Source: a candidate division WOR-3 bacterium | GTDB taxonomy: Bacteria; Hydrothermota; Hydrothermia; Hydrothermales; Hydrothermaceae | Length of the DNA stretch: 64,000 bases | Assembly: GCA_965649125.1 (NCBI GenBank) | Contig: CBFGJO010000002.1 | Span: forward strand, 7,356 to 71,355 | Reading direction: 5' to 3' | Shown: one piece after another, positions 56,112-64,000 of the stretch | How positions within the stretch are numbered: the first letter of the stretch is position 1 | Layout of the letters: every line of letters begins with the position of its first letter | The notes under the pieces: generated by a model | What the model saw: only the letters and a program-made list of their open reading frames with translations | Told to the model about the DNA's origin: nothing | Databases searched by the model: none | Position numbers and translations under genes: made by a program

Positions 56112-56813
56112 TTACCCTCCCTTTATACTTACGACCCCTTCAATATATTCAAATATATTTGTAATCTCATCTTTAAATGGGGAGTCCTTCCATAAATCCT
56201 CATTCTCTTTAATAATATTAAGAATGAGATTTTTGTTCTCTTCAAGTTCTTTAAGTATCTCAATTTTTCTTAAAAAATAATAAGCCTTTTGAAATTTAAA
56301 TGGTGCAATTTTAATCGCCTTTTCAATACTTTTAATTGCTTTATCCTTTTCCCTTCTTGAAAAATAAATCTGTGAAAGTGCTTCCTGGCTTGCTGCAATA
56401 AGAAATCCATCACCCGATTTTGAAGAAATATACTCTTTAAAGTATCTTTCAGCCTCGTTAAAATCACCTTTTAAAAATGAAATATGCCCCAAATAATATA
56501 TTGATTTTTTACCTTCAAATGAATTTCTTGAATTATTATAAATCTGTTTTAACAGTTCCTCTGATTTCTGTAAATCACCACCATTTAAAAATGTAAGTGC
56601 CTGAATAAAAATCCTCTCACTTTGATAATCCTTACCTTCTTTTTTCTGGGTAAGGAAAATTATCAAAATCAAAAGAACAGATAAAATTATAAATATTCCA
56701 CTTATTTTCTTTGGCTCTTTTTTAAATATATCAAAAAAAGAAAGGATTGCTTCTTCAACCTTATCCCTTCTTAATTCCTCTTTTGTTATTTTCTTTTTCT
56801 TTTTAATTTTCAT
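56112..56813 (-). CDS. Membrane-anchored TPR-repeat protein
   Basis: It has an N-terminal basic region, one TM and TPR-like repeats. Confidence 0.5.
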   Translation of the reverse strand: MKIKKKKKITKEELRRDKVEEAILSFFDIFKKEPKKISGIFIILSVLLILIIFLTQKKEGKDYQSERIFIQALTFLNGGDLQKSEELLKQIYNNSRNSFEGKKSIYYLGHISFLKGDFNEAERYFKEYISSKSGDGFLIAASQEALSQIYFSRREKDKAIKSIEKAIKIAPFKFQKAYYFLRKIEILKELEENKNLILNIIKENEDLWKDSPFKDEITNIFEYIEGVVSIKGG

Positions 56814-56913
56814 AGATTAAATTATACAAGTTTATAATGGAATTTGTCAATAGAATGGGAACAAAGAATTTTTATTGTGTACATATTTTTCTTATACAGC
56901 GTAAAGATTACCA

Positions 56914-59142
56914 CTATTTATTCTTAAATATTTCAATTATCTCTTCTTCTGTTTTTAAAACTTTTCTTGGTTTTGAGCCTTCAGGTGGCCCTATTATTCC
57001 AAGTTTTTCAAGTTCATCCATAATCCTTGCCGCCCTTGCAAAACCAACTTTTAATTTTCTCTGCAAAAGTGTAGCAGATGCCTGTTTTGCATTAACAAAA
57101 ATTTTTGCTGCATCAAAAAGAAGAGGATCTTTACCTTCTATTTCTTCATCTTCTATTATACTTGTCTTTGTTTCTTCGGGTATTCTCCATTCAATTTCAG
57201 GGGCAGGTAGGTAATAATTTTTTGTGATTTCAACAATTTTATCAACAATTTTTTCCTTTTCTTTTTCCTTCTCAGGAAAATAATCAAAGAAATAATCAAC
57301 CATAAGTTCAATTTTTTCATCAAAGGCGGTTTTCTCTCCACCTGTTAAAGTAGAAACGAGTCCATAATCTAAAATCTTATTTATCCATGGAGTATAGTCA
57401 TTCTCACCAAGCACCTCTTTTAATCTTTTATTTAAATAACTTATTATCACTTTATTAACCACCCTTTTTATCTCTTCTTCACTTATATAAGGGCCATGAA
57501 GCCTCATCAATTCTGAACTTCCGGGTGGTATAAAGAGCATATCACCCCTTCCTAATAGTTTTTCTGCACCTATTTCATCTAAAACAACCCTTGAATCAAC
57601 TTTTGACGGAACTTTGAATGCAACCCTTACAGGGAAATTTGCTTTTATTGTTCCTGTAATAACATCAACAGAAGGTCTTTGAGTTGCAACAACAAGATGG
57701 ATACCAACCGCTCTCGCCATCTGGGCTAAACGGGCAAGTGGAAGTTCAACCTGCGCACCTGTTGCCAGCATCAAATCCGCAAACTCATCTATCACAATCA
57801 CAACATAAGGCATATGAAAACATTTAAGTTTTTTAACATTTTTATTATGGGATTCAATATCCCTTACACCATCTTTTGCAAAATGTCTATACCTTTCTTC
57901 CATCCAGCAAACCGCAAGTTTTAAAATATCAATTGCCTCTTTTCTATCTCTAACAACGGGCTTTAAAAGGTGGGGGATCCCTTCGTAAAAGGAAAGTTCA
58001 ACCCTTTTAGGGTCTATTAATAAAAATCTTGTCTTAGAAGGATTATTCCTTAAAAGTAAAGAGATAAGCATTGTATTGATACACATTGTTTTTCCACTTC
58101 CAGTTGCTCCTGCAATTAAAAAATGGGGCATCTTCCTTAAATCTGCATAAAATGGTTCACCACCTGTTGTAACACCAAGTGGAAAAATTAAATTACTATC
58201 CGATTCTAAATATTCCTTTTTCCCTAAAAGTTCTTTAATATAAACAATTTTCTGTTTTTTATTTGGTATCTCTATTCCAACAAGCCCTTTTTCAGGGAGT
58301 GGGGCAACAACCCTTATTCTATGTGATTTCATTCTTAAAGCAAGGTCATCAGCGAGCGAAAGTATCCTGCTTATCTTTATTCCAGGCGCAGGCTCATAAT
58401 CGTATCTTGTTACAAATGGACCTGGTGAAATACTTATAACTTTCCCATCTATATTAAATTCTTTAAGTTTTTCTTCAATCAATTTTGCGTTTTCTTCAAG
58501 TTCTTTTTTATCAATCGTGCTTTCTTCCTCTTTATCATCAAATTCCTTTAAAAACTCAGAAATTTCAATATAATCTTCCCTTACCTCTTTTACTTTTACA
58601 ACCTCTTTTTTAATCACTTTTTCCTGAAAAATCCTTTTTTCTTTTATCTTTTCTTTTATTTTTTCTTTTTCAGGAATTTTTATTTTTGGCAGATTTATTC
58701 TGAAATTTATAAAATAAATAAAAAAGATAATGAAAAATATATAAAGGATAGGAGGGAAAATGTTTCCAATATATCCTCTAACAAATTGATTGAAAAAATT
58801 GAATATATCCTTTTCACTTGAAAGTATTTTTAAAAAATAATGAAGTAAAGAGGAAAAGAAAAAAATCATTAAAAAAAGGAGTGGAATTTTTAAAAAATAG
58901 TTTCTGTAATCTTTTTTTAAAAAAAGATAGATTCCTGAAAAAAGCAATAAAAGATCAATCAAAAACGGGAAAATTTTGCCCAAATAAAGAATTGAGTATT
59001 TTGAAATAAAATAACCGATTTTACCACCGATATTTTGATAGGGATCAGATGAAGGATTTAAAAGGTAAGATAAAAGTGAAAGGAATATGAACAAACCGAT
59101 TATAGAGATTAAACTACTGATAATCTTTACTTCATTTTTCAT
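56914..59142 (-). CDS. ftsK: DNA translocase FtsK
   Basis: It has N-terminal TM helices, a motor domain with Walker A (GATGSGKT) and a C-terminal gamma (winged-helix) domain. Confidence 0.9.
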   Translation of the reverse strand: MKNEVKIISSLISIIGLFIFLSLLSYLLNPSSDPYQNIGGKIGYFISKYSILYLGKIFPFLIDLLLLFSGIYLFLKKDYRNYFLKIPLLFLMIFFFSSLLHYFLKILSSEKDIFNFFNQFVRGYIGNIFPPILYIFFIIFFIYFINFRINLPKIKIPEKEKIKEKIKEKRIFQEKVIKKEVVKVKEVREDYIEISEFLKEFDDKEEESTIDKKELEENAKLIEEKLKEFNIDGKVISISPGPFVTRYDYEPAPGIKISRILSLADDLALRMKSHRIRVVAPLPEKGLVGIEIPNKKQKIVYIKELLGKKEYLESDSNLIFPLGVTTGGEPFYADLRKMPHFLIAGATGSGKTMCINTMLISLLLRNNPSKTRFLLIDPKRVELSFYEGIPHLLKPVVRDRKEAIDILKLAVCWMEERYRHFAKDGVRDIESHNKNVKKLKCFHMPYVVIVIDEFADLMLATGAQVELPLARLAQMARAVGIHLVVATQRPSVDVITGTIKANFPVRVAFKVPSKVDSRVVLDEIGAEKLLGRGDMLFIPPGSSELMRLHGPYISEEEIKRVVNKVIISYLNKRLKEVLGENDYTPWINKILDYGLVSTLTGGEKTAFDEKIELMVDYFFDYFPEKEKEKEKIVDKIVEITKNYYLPAPEIEWRIPEETKTSIIEDEEIEGKDPLLFDAAKIFVNAKQASATLLQRKLKVGFARAARIMDELEKLGIIGPPEGSKPRKVLKTEEEIIEIFKNK

Positions 59143-60215
59143 AAATTTTTAATAACAAATTCCTTAAAAATATTTAAGTTTTTTTCCCAGTTTGCCCTTC
59201 TTTCAATTATTTTTTTATTTATTAAAAATGCATCCTTCCTTAAATTTTTATTATTAATTGCCTCCTTTAGTTTTAAATAAAGTTCATTTTTATCCTTTGG
59301 ATCAAATAAAAATCCATTTATTCCATCAACAATCCATTCCCTGTTACCTTTTATATCTGAAACAACGGGGAAAAGACCAAAACTCATTGCCTCAAGTAAT
59401 GAAACACTTGTTCCATCAGAAAAAGAAGAAGAAAGATAAATACTATCTTCTAAAAGGAGCGATTTCAATTTTTCTTCATCCACATATCCATTAAAATTAA
59501 CTATATCAAAAAGACCTTCACTGTAAATGAGTTCTCTGAATTTATTGGATAAAGAACCATAACCAATCCAGTCCAGATAAAAATTTTTTCTTTCTTCATC
59601 TTTAAAACATTTTAAAGCCTTTATAATTATCTCCTGATTATAAACCGGCTCCATCTTTCTATATGTTATTATACCAACTTTACCATCTTTAAACTCCTTC
59701 TTTTTCCCCATTTCTCTAAAACCCTTTTTAACCCCAAAAGGTATCACAAATATTTTTTTCTCTTCTATTTTAAAATCCTGAATCAACATCTCTTTCATAA
59801 ATTTGGCATCAACAATTATACCATTTGAATTTTTAAGTATAAATTTTGTTATGATTTTTTTAATCTTATTTTTATAGGGGAAAATGAGAAGGTCAGAACC
59901 CCATATGGTTAAAAAATATGGAATTCTTTTATTTATCTTTTCAATAAATGAAAGGAGACCATAATTGGGAATAAAATGGGGGAAAATAATATCCGGTTTT
60001 AATCTGTTAATAATATCTTTCAACTTAAAATAACCACATAAATACTTACCCCTTTTAAAAATCTTAACATTTATTTCCTCAAATTTTTCAAAATCAAATA
60101 GAGGTTTTTCAAGGGAAACAGTATAAACATCCCATCCTAATAATCTATAACCTTCTTCCCATCTTTTTGTATGAACGGAGGAAACATCCCCTAAAAGAAT
60201 AACTTTTTTTATCAT
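59139..60215 (-). CDS. Glycosyltransferase, GT4 (group 1) family
   Basis: It has a GT-B fold pattern and a C-terminal EX7E-like region. Confidence 0.7.
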   Translation of the reverse strand: MIKKVILLGDVSSVHTKRWEEGYRLLGWDVYTVSLEKPLFDFEKFEEINVKIFKRGKYLCGYFKLKDIINRLKPDIIFPHFIPNYGLLSFIEKINKRIPYFLTIWGSDLLIFPYKNKIKKIITKFILKNSNGIIVDAKFMKEMLIQDFKIEEKKIFVIPFGVKKGFREMGKKKEFKDGKVGIITYRKMEPVYNQEIIIKALKCFKDEERKNFYLDWIGYGSLSNKFRELIYSEGLFDIVNFNGYVDEEKLKSLLLEDSIYLSSSFSDGTSVSLLEAMSFGLFPVVSDIKGNREWIVDGINGFLFDPKDKNELYLKLKEAINNKNLRKDAFLINKKIIERRANWEKNLNIFKEFVIKNL

Positions 60216-63034
60216 ATCAAAGACCTTGAAAATTCCTTATACATCCTTTCAATTTCCAATTTTATTATAATCTCATTATTGAATTCAACCTTAAGTTCAT
60301 TTTCAGAAATTACTTCACCAATAAGACAAAAAGGTAAACCATTGAATAGTTTCTCAAAATCTTCTCTTTTTCCTCTTTTAACTTCAACAATTATCCTTCC
60401 TGCTGATTCGGAAAACAGGAATTCATCCCATCTTAAAGAACTTTTAATACTTATAAATGCACCTTTACTTCTTGCAAATGTCATCTCTGAAAGAGATATA
60501 CCAATTCCGCCTTGGGATACATCATGGGCAGATACAATAAATCCTTTTTTAATCGCTTCATAAATTTTTTCATAAGATTTCAAGAACTTTTCAGGGAAAA
60601 CTTTTGGAACAAACCCCTTATTGTGTATTCCAATAATTTTTAAATATTCTGAGGAGCCAAGCTCTTTATTTGTTTCCCCTATTAAATATATCAGATTACC
60701 CTCTTTTTTAAAAGGAGTGGATACAGGATCAATTTCATCCTCAATTATTCCTATACCTGTTACAAGTAAGGTTGCCGGAATCCTTATTCTTAGATCTTTT
60801 GTCTTAAATTCATTGTATAAACTATCTTTTCCGGAAATGAAAGGAGTCTTATAGGCTTTTGCTATTTCATAACAGGCTATAGAGCATTCAATTATCTCAG
60901 CCATAACCTCATCATCCTCAGGATTTGCAAAACAGAAATTGTCTAAAAGGGCAATCCTCTCTGGGTTAACTCCTACACATATTAAACTTCTGACTGCTTC
61001 ATCAATCGCATTTGCAGCCATCCAGTAAGGAGAGATATAGGAATAAGAAGGACAGATTCCAGTTGAAATTGCAATCTTTCTGTTTGAATTAAATTTTGGT
61101 TTTATACATACAGCATCCTGCGGAGAAAAATTTCTATAACCTATAAGTGGTTTTAGAGAGGATTTTCCCTGAACCTCATGGTCATATTGTCTTATTATAC
61201 TTTCTCTTGAACATATGTTTGGTGAAGAAAGAAGTTTTAAAAGTGTCTCTTCTGGCGTAAAAGGAGGATCAAAATTAAAATCTTCTTCTTTATATAAAAA
61301 TTTCTTTACTTTTCTTAAAATTTCAGGTCTTCCTTTATGTAGAAAATCAACATCAATTTCACAAACTCTTTGATCTTTATAAAAAAGTTCCAGTTTACCA
61401 GTATCAGTATACTCACCTATACATTTTATATCGCATCCATATTTTTTAAATATTTCTTCAATTTTTTTAACATTCTCTTCTTTTGCTCCTATTATCATTC
61501 TTTCCTGAGATTCTGAGATCCATATCTCAGTGTAAGAAAGCCCTTCATATTTAAGCGGGACATCATCAAGAAAAACTTTCGCACCACCTGTAATCTCTGC
61601 ACTCTCACCTATTGCAGAAGAAAGTCCGCCTCCACCACAATCTGTCACAAATTCAATCAACTCCTTATCTCTTGCTTCAAGTAAAGCATCTAAAAGTTTT
61701 TTCTCGGTGATAGGATCCCCTATTTGAACTGCGCCTATAGCAACTTCTTCTGATTTTTCCTCAAGTTCACAGGAAGCAAATGTAACGCCATGAATACCAT
61801 CCTTACCTGTCTTTCCACCTGCAAGTAGTATCTTATATCCCGGTTTTAAATTTTTAAATGTATATTTTTTAGGCATAATTCCTATTGTTCCACAATAAAC
61901 GAGCGGATTTGTTATAAATCCTTTATCAATGTATATCGCACCAGCACATGTCGGGATACCCATTCTATTCCCATAATCCCTTACACCCGCAACCACTCCC
62001 TTAAGGACTCTTTTTGGATGTAAAACACCTTCAAAAAGATTTTCATGGGGAAAATCAAGAGGCCCAACACAGAAAACATCAATATTTGCTATTGGTTTTG
62101 CACCTTTACCCGCACCAAGAATATCCCTTATAACACCTCCTATACCTGTTGATGCACCACCGTATGGCTCTATTGCAGATGGGTGATTATGGGTTTCCAC
62201 CTTTACAGCGATTGCGTCTTCCTCATCAAATTCTATTATGCCTGCATTATCCTTAAATAAAAGAAGATAAAAATCTTTTTTTATCTCCTCGCTTACCCTC
62301 ATTATATAACTTTTTAAAAGATTATCAATATATTCTTCCCCATAATAATATTTACCCTTAAATGTTTTATGCACACAATGTTCTGACCAAGTTTGTGCTA
62401 TCGTCTCTATTTCACAATCTGTTGGATTTCTTCCAATCTTTGAGAAATAATCCTTTATTTTTTTCATTTCTGAAAGATTTAAGGCAAGCCCTTTTTCCTT
62501 TGAGTAATTCAAAAGTTCCTCATCATTCCATGAAAGGATTGGAACATAAACAATTTGAAATTTATAAAGTGAAGGAATTAAAAAAATACTTTTAATAATC
62601 CTTTCTTTTCTCTCAATTAAGGGATTGTAAAGAAATTTTCTTGCTATGTAATCTATTTCCTTTTCATCAAAAACACCTTTTATCCAGTATCTTTTTCCCC
62701 TTTTAATTCCTTCTGGTTTTCTAAATCCAAAAAGTTTTATTGCTTCCTCTACACTTTCACAAACAGGGTCTTTAACCCCAAAATGATAGGTTATCTCAAA
62801 ATCTTTCCCTTCAAATTCAAATCTTTCATTTATCTTATAATTTTCAACGATATCTTCACATAAAATTTCCTCAACAATCTTTTTTATTTCCTCATATTCA
62901 TAATTTCCTTTTATCCAGTATATTTTACTCTCATAAACTTCTACCTCTTTTTTAAAACCGATCTCTTTTATACCCTCTTCAACATCATATCTTCTTGGAT
63001 TAAAAGGAATGATCTCAATTCTAAAAACATTCAT
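60212..63034 (-). CDS. purL: Phosphoribosylformylglycinamidine synthase, PurS-PurS-PurL fusion (no glutaminase domain)
   Basis: Two N-terminal PurS-like ~80-aa modules are followed by a full PurL (AIR-synthase-related duplicated domains; NAGIIEF, ETHNHPSAIEPYGGA). Confidence 0.88.
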   Translation of the reverse strand: MNVFRIEIIPFNPRRYDVEEGIKEIGFKKEVEVYESKIYWIKGNYEYEEIKKIVEEILCEDIVENYKINERFEFEGKDFEITYHFGVKDPVCESVEEAIKLFGFRKPEGIKRGKRYWIKGVFDEKEIDYIARKFLYNPLIERKERIIKSIFLIPSLYKFQIVYVPILSWNDEELLNYSKEKGLALNLSEMKKIKDYFSKIGRNPTDCEIETIAQTWSEHCVHKTFKGKYYYGEEYIDNLLKSYIMRVSEEIKKDFYLLLFKDNAGIIEFDEEDAIAVKVETHNHPSAIEPYGGASTGIGGVIRDILGAGKGAKPIANIDVFCVGPLDFPHENLFEGVLHPKRVLKGVVAGVRDYGNRMGIPTCAGAIYIDKGFITNPLVYCGTIGIMPKKYTFKNLKPGYKILLAGGKTGKDGIHGVTFASCELEEKSEEVAIGAVQIGDPITEKKLLDALLEARDKELIEFVTDCGGGGLSSAIGESAEITGGAKVFLDDVPLKYEGLSYTEIWISESQERMIIGAKEENVKKIEEIFKKYGCDIKCIGEYTDTGKLELFYKDQRVCEIDVDFLHKGRPEILRKVKKFLYKEEDFNFDPPFTPEETLLKLLSSPNICSRESIIRQYDHEVQGKSSLKPLIGYRNFSPQDAVCIKPKFNSNRKIAISTGICPSYSYISPYWMAANAIDEAVRSLICVGVNPERIALLDNFCFANPEDDEVMAEIIECSIACYEIAKAYKTPFISGKDSLYNEFKTKDLRIRIPATLLVTGIGIIEDEIDPVSTPFKKEGNLIYLIGETNKELGSSEYLKIIGIHNKGFVPKVFPEKFLKSYEKIYEAIKKGFIVSAHDVSQGGIGISLSEMTFARSKGAFISIKSSLRWDEFLFSESAGRIIVEVKRGKREDFEKLFNGLPFCLIGEVISENELKVEFNNEIIIKLEIERMYKEFSRSLI

Positions 63035-63294
63035 TCTTTTCTTTCTCTTCCTTTTTCAAGTTCTTCTATTATTTTTTCAATATTTTCTCTATCTTCAAGC
63101 ATTTTATAGAACCTTTGATAATTTTTGAAAGAAAATATTGAATTTACAAATGGTTCAAGAAAAACAAAAAATTGAGATGTTATAAAGGAAATCGGCTTTA
63201 AAGATTCTAAAAGTAAAATAGCAGGAACCTCAAGTTTAAGTTCTAATATCCTTTTAACAATCCTTTCTATTAAGTCATCGTATTTTTCTTCCAT
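63031..63294 (-). CDS. Hypothetical small protein
   Basis: The 87-aa ORF is coupled to purL and has no recognisable domain. It overlaps the gcvPB 3' end by 25 nt. Confidence 0.3.
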   Translation of the reverse strand: MEEKYDDLIERIVKRILELKLEVPAILLLESLKPISFITSQFFVFLEPFVNSIFSFKNYQRFYKMLEDRENIEKIIEELEKGRERKE

Positions 63295-64000
63295 CTCAAA
63301 ACAGGATTTCTATTTGCAAGCGTTTCATCCAGTCTTCTCACAGGGGTATTATAAGGAGCATTTTTAACTATCTCAGGGTTTTCCTCGGCCTCTTTAACTA
63401 TTTTTCTTAGAGTTTCTGCAAAGGCATCAAGTGTCTCCTTTGATTCAGTCTCTGTTGGTTCTATCATAAGTGCTTCTGGAACAATTAAAGGGAAGTATAT
63501 TGTTGGTGCATGAAACCCATAATCTAAAAGCCTTTTTGCCACATCAAGTGTTCTTATGCCATATTTTCTTTTTAAATTTTCGCCTGAAACAACAAATTCG
63601 TGCATACAGGGAAAATCCCTGTAAGGGTTTTCAAATAAATCCTTAATTTTTTCTCTTAAATAATTTGCATTCAAAATAGAATCTTCTGCAACCTGTCGGA
63701 GGCCATCCCATCCCGTCAAGAGTATATATGCATAAGATTTTACCATTACAAGAAAATTCCCATAAAAAGAATGTACCTTTCCTATAGAATCGGGGAAATC
63801 ATAGGAAAATCTGTATTTACCTTTTTCAAAAATTATTCTTGGAACTGGTAAATATTTTTCAAGTTCTTTTTTAACTCCAATAGGTCCTGAACCCGGTCCT
63901 CCTCCACCATGTGGTGCTGAAAAGGTTTTATGCAAGTTAAAATGAACGATATCAAATCCAAGGTCAGCAGGTTTTATAATCCCAAGTAAGGCATTCAAAT
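63270..64000 (-). CDS. gcvPB: Glycine dehydrogenase (decarboxylating) subunit 2, C-terminal part (N-terminus lies beyond the window)
   Basis: It has the PLP-lysine motif FNLHKTF and GcvPB C-terminal similarity. Confidence 0.88.
   Translation of the reverse strand, partial: LNALLGIIKPADLGFDIVHFNLHKTFSAPHGGGGPGSGPIGVKKELEKYLPVPRIIFEKGKYRFSYDFPDSIGKVHSFYGNFLVMVKSYAYILLTGWDGLRQVAEDSILNANYLREKIKDLFENPYRDFPCMHEFVVSGENLKRKYGIRTLDVAKRLLDYGFHAPTIYFPLIVPEALMIEPTETESKETLDAFAETLRKIVKEAEENPEIVKNAPYNTPVRRLDETLANRNPVLRWKKNTMT

Overview
This is an AT-rich (about 30% GC), very compact bacterial chromosomal segment. Neighbouring genes often overlap by 1-4 nt. The structural RNAs are GC-rich (a 23S rRNA and a tRNA-Thr), which suggests a thermophile with a streamlined genome. 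Most of the content is housekeeping: the uvrB C-terminus, purA/purM/purL, tilS-hpt-ftsH, thrS-infC, gyrA, glmS, asd, a primary-type sigma factor, bamA-skp, clpC, ftsK and gcvPB. Accessory and less ordinary content includes a biotin-dependent acyl-CoA carboxylase cluster joined to a stand-alone methylmalonyl-CoA mutase catalytic subunit, a MacAB-TolC-like tripartite efflux operon, a pilMNOP type IV pilus operon without pilQ, and an S8 protease with a T9SS C-terminal sorting domain. It also includes a histidine-kinase-like three-gene module and a kinase-less partner-switching-like operon (STAS, TPR, HAMP-PP2C, outer-membrane protein). Three fusions stand out: TsaC/Sua5 joined to a low-molecular-weight protein tyrosine phosphatase, PurS-PurS-PurL, and Skp with an extra C-terminal domain. 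The 23S rRNA gene is not linked to a 16S or 5S gene; it has a textbook sigma70 promoter and a flanking processing stem. No CRISPR arrays, transposases or integrases were seen. All calls are by eye from motifs; no database searches were run.
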